A DNA stretch of 64,000 bases. It comes from an uncultured Spirochaetota bacterium. Its GTDB lineage: Bacteria > Spirochaetota > UBA4802 > UBA5550. Below are positions 1-10,476 of the stretch, in pieces. The translations under genes were made by a program, and so were the position numbers. The DNA lies in assembly GCA_963827275.1 (NCBI GenBank), contig CAWHAA010000008.1, forward strand, positions 192,001 to 256,000. The letters are read 5' to 3'. Numbering within the stretch: position 1 is the first letter of the stretch; each line of letters opens with the position of its first letter. Under the pieces are notes generated by a model that ran no database searches, was not told the DNA's origin, and was given only the letters and a program-made list of their open reading frames with translations.

Positions 1-1
1 A

Positions 2-229
2 ATGGCCTTCGCAATAGGGATCTCGAGGCCCGGGATCGATTTCGATTCAATGGACGGCGAACCGGTCCACCTGGTCATCCTCGTGGCCGCAGGTGAAAAG
101 CAGCACAAGGAGTATCTCCGCCTCCTCTCGAACATAATGGCGATCATCAAGAAGGAAAACGTGAAGGAGAGCATCATCAACGCCCCGACCAGCGAAGAGG
201 TGCTCGAGATACTCAGGACCAACAGCTGA
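2..229 (+). CDS. PTS IIA (fructose/nitrogen-type) domain protein, 5'-truncated by window edge
   Basis: GISRPGIDFDSMDGEPVHLVILV...HKEYLRLLS is the typical C-terminal half of PTS EIIA-2 domains. Confidence 0.85.
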   Translation: MAFAIGISRPGIDFDSMDGEPVHLVILVAAGEKQHKEYLRLLSNIMAIIKKENVKESIINAPTSEEVLEILRTNS

Positions 230-358
230 CCGACAACCGCCCCGAAAATAAAGTTGACAAAATCCCGTTCGGCTCATTTTTGAAATTCGATCGATAGATA
301 TTTGAATGATGACGTATTCCCGCGCTCGAGCGGGCATATCGCCGTACCGAGGTGCATG

Positions 359-2834
359 ATGGCAGAGAAAGAAAGGGACTACGACTTTGGCGGGATCGAG
401 CTGAAATGGCAGAAGCGCTGGCAAGATTCAAAGGCCTTCCTGAGCAAAAAGGACCCGTCAAAGAAGAAATACTACGTGCTTGAGATGTTTCCCTATCCCT
501 CGGGCCGGCTCCACATGGGGCACGTGCGGAACTATACCATCGGTGACCTTGTCGCGCGGTTTTTAAAGATGAAGGGGTACAACGTGTTCCATCCCGATGG
601 GATGGGACTCCTTCGGACTCCCCGCGGAGAACGCCGCCATCAAGAACAATATCCCTCCCTTCACATGGACGTCCGATAACATCAGCTACATGAAGAAACA
701 GCTGAACCGGATGGGTTTCTCCTACGACTGGACCCGCGAGGCGGCCACCTACAAGCCGGAGTACTATAAGTGGAACCAGTGGATGTTCCTGAAAATGTAC
801 GAGAAGGGGCTCGCGTATAAGAAGAAGGCGCCGGTCAACTGGTGCGAGACCTGCCAGACGGTGCTCGCCAACGAGCAGGCGGAAGGGGGGATCTGCTGGC
901 GCTGCGAGAGCGAGGTGACGCAGAAGGAGCTCGAGCAGTGGTTCTTCAAGATCACGGACTATGCCGACGACCTGCTCAGGGGCCACGAGGAGCTTACCGG
1001 CAACTGGCCGGAGCAGGTGCTCACCATGCAGAAGAACTGGATCGGCAGGTCCACGGGCCTCCGCATCAACTTCACGCTCGAAACCGGCGAGGACTTCCCG
1101 ATATACACGACAAGGCCCGACACCGTGTACGGCGTGACCTTCATGGTGATCGCGCCCGAGCACCCGCTGCTCGAACGGGTGCAGGACCCGAAGGTGAAGG
1201 AGTTCATCGCCCGCATCAGGAACCAGTCGATGTTCGACCGCATGTCTGACGACAAGGAGAAGGAAGGGATCGACACCGGGCTGAAAATCGTCAACCCCTT
1301 CAACGGAGACACCGTGCCCCTGTACGTGGGCAACTTCGTCCTGATGGGGTACGGGACCGGCGCTATCATGGCGGTCCCGGCCCACGACACCCGCGACTTT
1401 GCGTTCGCGAAAAAGTTCGGGATCCCGGTAAAGCTCGTCATCGACAACCCGAAGGCGCCGATTGACGTGAAAACCATGCAGGACGCCTACGTGGATGAGG
1501 GCGTGTGCGTGAACTCCGCGCAGTTCAACGGCATCTCCAACACGGACGCCATAGAAAAGATAGCCGACTTCGCGGAGGAGAAGGGGTTCGGGAAGCGCGA
1601 GGTCAACTTCAGAATACGCGACTGGCTCGTCTCCCGCCAGCGCTACTGGGGCTGCCCCATACCCATGGTGTACTGCAACACGTGCGGTATCGTGCCGGTG
1701 GCGGAAAAGGACCTGCCGGTTGTCCTCCCCACCGAGGTCGATTTCAAGGGGGACTCGCAGTCGCCCCTTATCCACATGGACGGGTTCAGGAACACGGCGT
1801 GCCCGAAATGCGGCGGCGCGGCACGCCGGGAGACGGACACCATGGACACCTTCGTCGATTCCTCCTGGTACTATGCCAAGTTCACGTCGCCCGGCTCGAA
1901 GGAGATTTTCGACCGGGACGAGGTCGAATACTGGATGCCCGTGGACCAGTATATCGGCGGCATCGAGCATGCGGTGCTCCACCTGCTCTACGCGCGCTTT
2001 TTCTCCATGGTCATGAACGACATGGGGCTCCTCAAAACGAGGGAGCCGTTCACGAGCCTTCTCACGCAGGGGATGGTGATCAAGGACGGCGCGAAGATGA
2101 GCAAGTCGAAGGGGAACGTGGTAGACCCCGACGCCATTATCGAAAAGTACGGCGCGGACACCGTGCGCCTCTTCATGCTCTTTACCGCCCCGCCGCAGAA
2201 GCAGCTGGAATGGTCCGACAAGGGCGTGGAAGGGTGCTTCCGCTTTATCGGCCGCATCTGGCGCTTCATCAACCGCTACGCGGAATTGTATGATGAAAAG
2301 TATTCGCTTGACGGCGCGGACCTTGGCGATGCGCTCCAGAAGGTGCGCCGCGAGCTCCACCTTGCCGTCAAGTCCGTCACCTACGATATCCATGAGCGGA
2401 TGCAGTTCAATACCGCGATCGCGCGTATGATGGAGCTCATGAACGCGCTCTACCTTGTCGAGGAGAAGGAGTTCGGCACCCCGGAGGGGCGGGCGGTCCT
2501 GTCCGAGGTGATCGGCACGCTCCTTCCCATGCTCTCTCCCTTTATCCCGCACGTCACGGCCGAGCTCTGGGAGATGCTGGGGAACAGGAACGAGCTCCAC
2601 GACATGCCATGGCCTTCTTTTGTGGAGTCGCTGGCCAGGCGGGACGAGGTTGAGATTGTCTTTCAGGTCAACGGCAAGATCCGCGCCAAGGAGCAGGTGA
2701 GCGCTGATATTTCGAAAGAAGAGATGGAAACAATGGCCAGGGAGCACGAGAAGGTGAAGGATTTCATCGAGGGAAAAACCGTGCGAAAGGTAATAGTGGT
2801 CCCGGGTAAACTCGTCAATATTGTGGTGCAATAA
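359..2834 (+). CDS. leuS: Leucine--tRNA ligase, split by a +1 frameshift at ~593-595
   Basis: [18 protein letters not shown] (HIGH-like) in ORF 302..679 joins [14 protein letters not shown] and KMSKS in ORF 597..2834; one extra base in CATCCCGATG; GAGG RBS upstream, start 356 or 359. Confidence 0.97.
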
Positions 2835-2848
2835 TGGAGGGTGGTCCT

Positions 2849-3517
2849 ATGCCTGATAAAAAGCGCATCAGGGCGGCGGCCGTTCCGCTGGCCATTGGAA
2901 TTGTTGTCACGCTGGCAGTCTTCATCATCATGACGGTCACTGCCGGGTACGACGTTATCGTCAAGGACTCCTCCGGCTATTACCGCGCCCGCTCCCTCTT
3001 CATCGCCGGGAATGTCTTTTTCTGTTCCCGCGACGAAGCGAGTTACCCCACGAAAAAGCAGGCGGTGGACGGCCCGGCCGCCGGTACGGACCTTGCATTT
3101 ATATCGATGCGGCAGGCCGAGTTCATCGAGATCGTCTGGCACGGGGACGAGGCCGGCCCGGCCCTGGGAGAGTGGCAGGCGACGCTGAAGGATTACATCG
3201 GCGATTACCAGATGAACGCGGCCGGCAACCGCGGGTTCCTCTCCCTGCGCGCGAGCGGGTCCTATGTCTATGGAACGGTCCGCTTCCCCGATTGGGGCAG
3301 GGGCGCGACGGAGTATCTGAAAAATGTGAGGATCGCCGGCGGGAAGATATATTTCACGCGCTCCGTGACGACGCAGGCCGAGCTTCGAAGGATCGGCGGC
3401 AACGCCTACTTCGTACAGCAGTACAGCGGGGAGTATCTCCAGAGCGGCAGGATGATCAAGGGGTTTTACACGGTCTACGGCGCGCGCAAAACGTGGGAGG
3501 CGGTGAAAACCAGGTAG
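2849..3517 (+). CDS. Hypothetical protein with N-terminal membrane anchor
   Basis: GGAGG RBS at 2836-2840; hydrophobic N-terminus followed by a beta-rich soluble domain; directly follows leuS. Confidence 0.7.
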   Translation: MPDKKRIRAAAVPLAIGIVVTLAVFIIMTVTAGYDVIVKDSSGYYRARSLFIAGNVFFCSRDEASYPTKKQAVDGPAAGTDLAFISMRQAEFIEIVWHGDEAGPALGEWQATLKDYIGDYQMNAAGNRGFLSLRASGSYVYGTVRFPDWGRGATEYLKNVRIAGGKIYFTRSVTTQAELRRIGGNAYFVQQYSGEYLQSGRMIKGFYTVYGARKTWEAVKTR

Positions 3518-3527
3518 CGGAATCGCC

Positions 3528-3905
3528 ATGCAGGAAAAAAAACCGTACGCATATTACAAGTTCATCGGCGTCAGGCCCTTCACGAAACTGCTGGAAGAAT
3601 CCGGTGTCGGGTATGTGGTGTTCGATGATCCCGCAGTGCCGCATCTCTATGAATCCCGGCCCGATTATTTCAACCCGGCGGACGATACGATAACGGTGGG
3701 GCGGTGCACCCAGGACGGCGTCGAGGTCTATTTTGCGGAATTCGGTATCAAGATCACGAAAAGCTTCCGGTCACATATAATCTTCATCTATGACCATCAC
3801 CCGACCCTGGATGACATGGAGGTGTCCGCGGCCGACATCGACCCCCTCATACAGCAGCACCTCGACGGCGTGGATCTCGGGGAGATCCTGGGCGAGGGGA
3901 ACTGA
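3528..3905 (+). CDS. Hypothetical acidic cytoplasmic protein
   Basis: 125-aa ORF 10 nt after the previous gene, protein-like composition, no recognised motif. Confidence 0.7.
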   Translation: MQEKKPYAYYKFIGVRPFTKLLEESGVGYVVFDDPAVPHLYESRPDYFNPADDTITVGRCTQDGVEVYFAEFGIKITKSFRSHIIFIYDHHPTLDDMEVSAADIDPLIQQHLDGVDLGEILGEGN

Positions 3906-3923
3906 CCGCCCTCCTTTCCGAGC

Positions 3924-5432
3924 CTAAAATACGTAGCTTCCCGAAACGGAGAAGAGATAGTTCTTGTTCAACTCTGTAAAATCTGAATACTTTCCATTGA
4001 AATTGAACGCTCCCATTACGCCGATGCTGAAATCGAGGTTTTCGTATGCGTTGATCCTGAGCGTGGGCGACCAGAAGATCGCCCGCCCCTGGATGTCGGC
4101 GATGGTAAAAAATTCTCCCCGCACCAGAGGGTGAAAATCATAGCCGAGCGCGACCGCCAGGTAGTGCTGGTTGATGGTGAGGAACTGGTTTGCCAGCTGC
4201 AGGTAGGTCTTCTGGTCCATGGCGTTGAACTGCTTCGCGTAAAACGCCATTTTCATGTCCTTGTTGTGGTTTCCCGCCTTCTGGTTGTAAAAATATTCCA
4301 CCAGGAAAAAGACCCCCGCCTTGAAGGTGTATTCGTAGCCCGCGTTCGCGGTGAAATACACGGGGCTGCTCACGTTGTTGCCGGGGATCATGAAGCGGAC
4401 CGGGTACCATGGGTCGGTATCGGTAAGGTACGGTTCGCCTGCCTGGCTGATCATCACGCTCCCCCTGAGCATGCCGTCGAGCACGATCGAGGCGAAATCG
4501 AACCCGGCCAGGCCGCGGCTCGTCACGTATCCTCCCAGGATCGCGATATCCGTGTCCTTTACAGAGGTCTTGGCGCGGAGCACGTAGTTGCACTCCTTGA
4601 TGTTGACGTGTTTGATCTTATCATTGCTCTTCTTCAGGTCGGCGATCAGGGTGATTTCGGTCTTATCGTCCGGAAAGAAATCAAGCCTGATCGCGTCGGT
4701 CCCCTTCTGCTCATCACCCCCCTCGACGAAGGTGGGGGAGATGGGGCTCAGGATGTCGAGCGGATTCCAGAGCTTTCCGCTCCCGAAGCGTATCTGCTGG
4801 CGGCCGATTGTCGCGGAAAAATAATCGACGGTCACCTTTACGTAGGCGCGGTGGATCTTCGTGCGGTAAAAGACCTCTTCGCCGCGGTAAGGCTCCCAGC
4901 TGATATGAAGGAGGTCGTTGTAGGTGGACGAGCGCCAGTAACCCTTGAAGTAGAGGCTCCTGCCGTAATTGCTCCATATCAGCTCGTTGTCGTAGTCCAC
5001 CTTGACGGTGAGGATGTCGCCGTAGCGGAATTCCGGGGAAAGCCGCAGCCGCGTGAGGTTCGCCGAGAGGTTTTTCGGCTTGTAGAGGAGCGGGTTCTTG
5101 TTGAAAAACTTGTCGGTGCGGTGGAAGGAGTACAGGTCCTTTACCTGGCCTTTGAACTTGAACTGTGCTCCTTTCTTTTCATCAACGGTTTCTTCGCTGT
5201 CCCCTTCCCCGTCCGCCGGCGCCATGTCAGCTTTTCCCCCGGCGTCTTTCTTTCCGTCAGACGTGTCGCTCTCCTGCACGCCTCCGGTTTCATCTTCAGA
5301 TACGCTGATCGTCTCCTTCTTTTCGGCGGTCTCACGGTTCTTGTCCGCCGCCCTGACGGGGGAGGAGATCGCCGCCGGCAATCCGATCAAAACAGCGAGT
5401 GACAGTGTCAGGATGGTTCGTGTAACGGTCAT
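3924..5432 (-). CDS. Putative outer-membrane beta-barrel protein
   Basis: Signal peptide, acidic linker, GRQQIRFGSGKLWNPLD motif, alternating beta-strands, C-terminal YVF beta-signal; last gene of the ABC operon. Confidence 0.75.
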   Translation of the reverse strand: MTVTRTILTLSLAVLIGLPAAISSPVRAADKNRETAEKKETISVSEDETGGVQESDTSDGKKDAGGKADMAPADGEGDSEETVDEKKGAQFKFKGQVKDLYSFHRTDKFFNKNPLLYKPKNLSANLTRLRLSPEFRYGDILTVKVDYDNELIWSNYGRSLYFKGYWRSSTYNDLLHISWEPYRGEEVFYRTKIHRAYVKVTVDYFSATIGRQQIRFGSGKLWNPLDILSPISPTFVEGGDEQKGTDAIRLDFFPDDKTEITLIADLKKSNDKIKHVNIKECNYVLRAKTSVKDTDIAILGGYVTSRGLAGFDFASIVLDGMLRGSVMISQAGEPYLTDTDPWYPVRFMIPGNNVSSPVYFTANAGYEYTFKAGVFFLVEYFYNQKAGNHNKDMKMAFYAKQFNAMDQKTYLQLANQFLTINQHYLAVALGYDFHPLVRGEFFTIADIQGRAIFWSPTLRINAYENLDFSIGVMGAFNFNGKYSDFTELNKNYLFSVSGSYVF

Positions 5433-5438
5433 GGTTGC

Positions 5439-6167
5439 CTATCTCTTTTTCCCGGATTTTTTTTCAGCGCTTTCCCTGACGCTCTTCTTCTTGTTATCGG
5501 ACACGATCATACCGTCGGTAAGGCTGATGAGCCGCTCCGCATATTCCATCACCATTCTGTCGTGCGTGGAAAAAATAAAGGTGATGTTCTTCCTGTGGTT
5601 CAGGTCGTGCATCAGGTCGAGGAGGCTTGCCCCGGTCTTCTGGTCCAGGTTCGCTGTCGGTTCGTCGGCCAGGACCAGCTCGGGCTCGGACACGATGGCG
5701 CGCGCCACCGCGACCCGCTGCTGCTGACCGCCCGAGAGCTCCTTGGGCCGCCGGTTGATCTCCTTTCCGAGGCCGACTTCTTTCAGTATCCGCTCCGAGC
5801 GCTTGCGGCGCTCAGCCTTTCCCACTCCCTGGAGGAGGAGAATGTACTCGACATTCTCAACCGCGGTGAGCACCGGGATCAGGTTGTAGGCCTGGAATAT
5901 GAACCCGATGTTGTTCAGCCGCATGTCCGAGAGCTCCTTCGGCGACATCCCGTTCAGGTCCTTTTCCGCGACGGTCAGGGTGCCGGCGGTGGGGTTGTCC
6001 AGACCGCCGATCAGGTTCAGGAGGGTTGTTTTCCCCGAGCCGGAGGGGCCGGCGATGGCGGTGAACTCTCCGCGCTCCACGGTAAGATCGACGCCCCGCA
6101 GGGCGCGGACCTCGAGGCCCTCGCCGTCGTAATTTTTCACCAGGTTCTTGATGGTTATTATAGCCAT
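5439..6167 (-). CDS. ABC transporter ATP-binding protein (LolD/MacB-like)
   Basis: Walker A GPSGSGKT, LSGGQQQRVAVARA, LADEPTANLD. Confidence 0.95.
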   Translation of the reverse strand: MAIITIKNLVKNYDGEGLEVRALRGVDLTVERGEFTAIAGPSGSGKTTLLNLIGGLDNPTAGTLTVAEKDLNGMSPKELSDMRLNNIGFIFQAYNLIPVLTAVENVEYILLLQGVGKAERRKRSERILKEVGLGKEINRRPKELSGGQQQRVAVARAIVSEPELVLADEPTANLDQKTGASLLDLMHDLNHRKNITFIFSTHDRMVMEYAERLISLTDGMIVSDNKKKSVRESAEKKSGKKR

Positions 6168-6179
6168 GGGTGTCTCCTC

Positions 6180-7415
6180 CTATACATAATGAAGCGCTTC
6201 GAGCGGCTTGATACGCGCCGCCTTCACCGCCGGGTATATCGCGGCGATGCAGGTCGTGAACTCCACGACCAGTAGTATGATGATATAATCCTTCACGTAC
6301 ATGAAGGGGTAGATAACGCTCCCGGCGCCCCACTGCCGCATGGCTTCCATGAAGAGCGAGAAATCGAGGCCGGTGAAATGGAGCGCCTGTATCAGCACGA
6401 CGCCCGCCGCGAGACCGGCCGCCAGGCCGACGACCCCGAGGTTGATTGCCTCGAACATGATGATGAAAAAGATCTGCGAGGGCCGCGTCCCGATTGATTT
6501 CATGACGCCGATTTCATGGAAACGCTCCATGATCGACATGATGAGGGTGTTCGCGATTGAAAACACGACGGTGATGAAGAAGATCGCATAATAGATGAGG
6601 AGCATGCTGTCCATCAGCTTGATGGCGCTCACCAGGTTCGGCGCCATGTCCTTCCAGGTCATGACATCCAGCGAGGCGTCGCCGATGCCCTTCGTGAGAC
6701 GCGGCTTGATGGCGTCGACCGCCTCCTTTTTGGTGGCGACGATCATGATTTCGGATATGTTGTCGCCCAGCCCGGTGATGGCCTGGAGACGCCTGATGCC
6801 CATGTACGCCACCGAGTTGTCGTATTCCTCGACCGGCGTCTGGAAAAAGCCGCGCACGGTGAGGCCCACGCCGGCCATTTCGCTGTTTTTGTCCTGCATG
6901 ATGAGAACGACCTTGTCCCCCACGAGGACATCCAGCTTTTCGGCGAGGGACCTGGAGATCATGATTTCGTCGCCTTCGGGACTTTCGAGGAACGACCCGC
7001 CGCCGTCTTTCAGGGTGTATTCGTTCATCCTGGAGACCTTTTTTTCCTGTGCCGGGTCAACGCCGATGATAACGAGGCCGCGGGAGGATTCGCCCGTCCG
7101 GATCATGGCGAAGGCCTTGACGCGCGGCGCCGCCGCGATGACATCGGGGTCGCCCTTCAGGGCCCGGGCGATGCGCGGGTCAGGATAAAAGTTCGTCTCG
7201 ATCTTCATGTTCTCAAAGAAGCCCTTCTTGTGCACGACAAGGTGCCCGAGTTTGGTGCTGATGCTGTTGTCCAGCATCTGGGCTATTATGCCGTTCATCA
7301 ACCCGAGGGCGAACATCATCATGAGCACCCCGAGGCTGATCGAAAATATGACCACCAGCGACCGGCGCTTCTGCCGCCACAGGTTTCTCCATCCCAGCAT
7401 GATAAAGGTCTTCAT
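6180..7415 (-). CDS. ABC transporter permease (LolC/E, FtsX-like)
   Basis: WRNLWRQKRRS start, large periplasmic domain, ERFHEIGVMKSIG, YPAVKAARIKPLEAL. Confidence 0.93.
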   Translation of the reverse strand: MKTFIMLGWRNLWRQKRRSLVVIFSISLGVLMMMFALGLMNGIIAQMLDNSISTKLGHLVVHKKGFFENMKIETNFYPDPRIARALKGDPDVIAAAPRVKAFAMIRTGESSRGLVIIGVDPAQEKKVSRMNEYTLKDGGGSFLESPEGDEIMISRSLAEKLDVLVGDKVVLIMQDKNSEMAGVGLTVRGFFQTPVEEYDNSVAYMGIRRLQAITGLGDNISEIMIVATKKEAVDAIKPRLTKGIGDASLDVMTWKDMAPNLVSAIKLMDSMLLIYYAIFFITVVFSIANTLIMSIMERFHEIGVMKSIGTRPSQIFFIIMFEAINLGVVGLAAGLAAGVVLIQALHFTGLDFSLFMEAMRQWGAGSVIYPFMYVKDYIIILLVVEFTTCIAAIYPAVKAARIKPLEALHYV

Positions 7416-7429
7416 TGCCTGTCCTCCTG

Positions 7430-8680
7430 TTACAGCTGCCGTATCGCTTTGAGCGGGTTCAACTTTGAGGCCCGCCGCGCGGGCGCGATGGAAAAGAGGA
7501 CCCCGAAGAGGAAGGTCAGGACCGACGTGATGACGACATTGGGCAGGGTCAGCTTTGCCGGGAATACCGTCGTGACCATCGCGAACACTTCCATCTCCTT
7601 CTGGTAATCGGAGAAGTCGAACGGGTAAAGGAAAAAATAGTAGCTGACGGCGCAGCCGACCGCGATCCCCAGGAGGGTGCCCATGAACGAGATGAAGACC
7701 GATTCAAGGAGGACCATGGTCACGATCTGCCGCGGCCTGGTCCCGATCGCCATCATGATGCCCAGCTCCCGGGTCCGTTCGAACACCGACATCTGGACCG
7801 TGTTGAGCACGCCGAAGGCCGTGATCAGGAAGAGTATGAAATAGAAGATGTACCCGAAAAGCTTGTCCATGACGATGGCCTGGATCAGCTCCGGCGTGAG
7901 CTCGTCCCAGCCCATGACCTCGAGGGCTTTCGAACCGGGGAGGGCGCGGATCTCGTCCCTGACCCGGTCCATGTCGGAGGTGTCTTTCAGCCTGATCACG
8001 ATGGAGTTCAGGTATTCCATCGTGGTGAAGGTTTCCGCTGCCTGCGCTATCGGCATGATGATCATTGCCTGGTCGTACCGGGGGTTCAAAGTTTTGAATA
8101 CGCCGACGATCTCGACGTTCGCCGCCGCGATGGACCCGTCGAACCCCTGCGACATGATGGAAACGGTGTCGCCCACCTTCGCGCCCAGGTTCTTCGCCAG
8201 GGTCGTTCCGATGACGATCCTCTTGCCGTCATCCGGGACGAGGTACCGTCCCCCGGGCTGAATTGTCCTGTGCAGGGTGCTCACCTTTTGTTCATTCTCG
8301 GGTTCCACTGCCTGGACAAGGACGCCGAAGGTGTTGTTTCCCAGCGAGACAAGGCCGGCGGCATGGATCCTCCGGGAGACGGCGGCGATGTCCCGGTTGC
8401 CGTTCAGGTAGGATGTGAGCGGCGCGCCGGGGATGAAGGCGTAATCGATGCTCTGGTTGTCCCAGAAGCCCTTTTCATGCATCTGGATATGGCCGGTATT
8501 GGCGGCGATGGAATCCTCGATCATCGCTTCATAGCTCCCGTCCTGCGTGGCGCGGAAAAAAATGATCATCGAACACCCCACCATGATGGTGAGGAGGGTG
8601 AGGATGGTGCGCCGCCTGTTCTTCCAGACATTGCGCCAGGCGAGCATCACCTCGATGGATGATTCCTTGGAACGCTTCAT
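7430..8680 (-). CDS. ABC transporter permease (LolC/E, FtsX-like)
   Basis: AWRNVWKNRRRT, ERTRELGIMMAIG, PARRASKLNPLKAIR. Confidence 0.93.
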   Translation of the reverse strand: MKRSKESSIEVMLAWRNVWKNRRRTILTLLTIMVGCSMIIFFRATQDGSYEAMIEDSIAANTGHIQMHEKGFWDNQSIDYAFIPGAPLTSYLNGNRDIAAVSRRIHAAGLVSLGNNTFGVLVQAVEPENEQKVSTLHRTIQPGGRYLVPDDGKRIVIGTTLAKNLGAKVGDTVSIMSQGFDGSIAAANVEIVGVFKTLNPRYDQAMIIMPIAQAAETFTTMEYLNSIVIRLKDTSDMDRVRDEIRALPGSKALEVMGWDELTPELIQAIVMDKLFGYIFYFILFLITAFGVLNTVQMSVFERTRELGIMMAIGTRPRQIVTMVLLESVFISFMGTLLGIAVGCAVSYYFFLYPFDFSDYQKEMEVFAMVTTVFPAKLTLPNVVITSVLTFLFGVLFSIAPARRASKLNPLKAIRQL

Positions 8681-8685
8681 TCCCC

Positions 8686-9471
8686 CTATCTCCTTTTGAG
8701 GTTCTGCAGCGAGAAGACGCTGTTATCTATCCTGACGTTGAACTTGACGTCCTTTATCACCAGCAGCGTGTATTCATCGCCCTGCTGCCCTCCCTCTCTT
8801 TTCTTTTTGAAGGTGACCATCTTCATGGTGGTGGGGATGACGCGGCCGTGCATGCTTTTAAAATCGCCGCAGGTGAGGAGTTTTTTCAGCTTCCCGTGCT
8901 GGTCGTAGAATTCCTGTCTCACCGGGAGGCAGTCGCTCACCCGCGCGTAGTAGACCAGCTTGCCCCACACCACCGCGGCGCTGGGCTTCGGGGTCATGGT
9001 GATCTGGTAGCATTCCTCTCCCTCGACGGTCTTCTTGCCGTCAAGGACATGGATGTAGTCCTCGACGATGCTCGATTCCTTGACGATGTCGTCGTTGGTG
9101 AAATCCGAGCCCATCCATGACTGGAGCATCATGGAGGGATGGATCTTCATCTCCTTGCCGATGTCGGGGTTGTAGTGCCACATCAGCTTTTCCTTCTGGA
9201 TCATGAGGAAGCGGTTGCCCGCGTCCTTCTTGGGGGCCAGGATCTCGGCGAAGGATTTCTTCGCCAGGCGGTTGTCCCAGCTCTTCATCTTCATGGTCCG
9301 GGTCCACCGGCGGGTCTTGATGGTCATCTCCATGAGGGCGACCTGCGAATCGCCCCGGACCGCCTGGTCCGCCCTGTCGATGATCTCCATGGCGGTAAGG
9401 GCGAAGGTGGGCCCGTGCATCGCCGGTACGGCGAGCAGTATTGCGATGATGATAAGAAAAGATCTCTTCAT
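8686..9471 (-). CDS. Outer-membrane lipoprotein-sorting protein (LolA-like)
   Basis: Signal peptide; PKKDAGNRFL and MMLQSWMGSDFTNDDI motifs typical of the LolA-like family; CAGGAG RBS. Confidence 0.88.
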   Translation of the reverse strand: MKRSFLIIIAILLAVPAMHGPTFALTAMEIIDRADQAVRGDSQVALMEMTIKTRRWTRTMKMKSWDNRLAKKSFAEILAPKKDAGNRFLMIQKEKLMWHYNPDIGKEMKIHPSMMLQSWMGSDFTNDDIVKESSIVEDYIHVLDGKKTVEGEECYQITMTPKPSAAVVWGKLVYYARVSDCLPVRQEFYDQHGKLKKLLTCGDFKSMHGRVIPTTMKMVTFKKKREGGQQGDEYTLLVIKDVKFNVRIDNSVFSLQNLKRR

Positions 9472-9529
9472 GACGAACTCCTGCACTGGTGTTGGTTTCC
9501 GGTCCCGGCGACGGGCGACAGGTCCGGTT

Positions 9530-10135
9530 TCACGGTTTACCCGCCTGCTGTGACGAGTCGATGATTCCGTAAAAAATAAAATTAAGGATCGAATCCAGCC
9601 GCTCGTGCGGATCGGGCGCGATCTCCCTCATGCGATCACTGTTCAGCATCCCCTGGAAAATATCAAACAGGTAGAGTATCATTTCAGGCTTGAGGCCCTT
9701 GCGGATCACTCCCTCGCTCTGGCCCTGCATGATAAAATCGCTTACCAGCTTGTACGATCCCTTTTTGAGGGTGTTGAAAAAAATGAGGAAATCCTCGTTG
9801 GACCCCCACATCTCGTCGAGAAATATATCCCCCAGCTCCTCGTGGGTCTTTATCAGGTGATTGACTATCCCTCGTATTTTGTCAATAAAAGGAATGTCCC
9901 GGTTCATTATTTCATCCTGCTCGCCCAGTATCCTGTCATTGATTTGCGACAGCATCCTGATGCTCAGGTCTTCCTTGTTGCGGAAAAATTTGTAAAAGGT
10001 CATCTTGCTCACCCCGGCCTTTTCACAGATCTCCTCGATGGTGACCCTCTTGGTGCCATGTTTGAAGAAAAGTTCCCGCGCCGTGGCAAGCAGGTCCTGG
10101 TATTTTTTATTATCCTGAAATTGTTCGCTATCCAT
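9530..10135 (-). CDS. TetR/AcrR family transcriptional regulator
   Basis: ARELFFKHGTKRVTIEEICEKAGVSKMTFYKFFRNKEDL HTH. Confidence 0.95.
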   Translation of the reverse strand: MDSEQFQDNKKYQDLLATARELFFKHGTKRVTIEEICEKAGVSKMTFYKFFRNKEDLSIRMLSQINDRILGEQDEIMNRDIPFIDKIRGIVNHLIKTHEELGDIFLDEMWGSNEDFLIFFNTLKKGSYKLVSDFIMQGQSEGVIRKGLKPEMILYLFDIFQGMLNSDRMREIAPDPHERLDSILNFIFYGIIDSSQQAGKP

Positions 10136-10159
10136 TTGTTTACTATTATTGGTGATATT

Positions 10160-10222
10160 ATACTAATATCGTATAAAGTTACGAATTACGTATAAAATAA
10201 TAATATTCGTATATTTTGTCAA
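10160..10222 (-). promoter_or_regulatory. Sigma70-type promoter of the TetR operon with three phased operator-like repeats
   Basis: Minus-strand TTGACA (10222-10217), 17 nt, TATTTT; CGTATA at 10170, 10189 and 10208. Confidence 0.6.
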
Positions 10223-10476
10223 GTAGAGTAATAATTTTTTTTTACCGATAGTTATCGGTTACGCTGATCTCCCCGTCTTCCTGCAGGCTTTGCATCATCA
10301 GAGAGAATGCCATTGCGGATGGTGCAAAAAAAATCTTGCTATTTACACCGGCCATTGTAGTAATCAAGGGAGAGGTTTTTCACATCCTCCCTGTCCTGGA
10401 CTGATCAGACCAGTCCGGTTGTGTTTTAAGACCAACAGCCGAATAGTAGTGCACTTTAGATTTGAGGAGTAATGTT

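Noticed and set aside
230..358. T-box leader for leuS
   Set aside because: Too short; no T-box motif or terminator seen
213..2831. 872-aa antisense ORF and many similar long shadow ORFs (e.g. 21693..23126, 13173..14591, 32298..33626)
   Set aside because: They mirror well-supported genes; expected from GC-rich codon bias; no protein motifs
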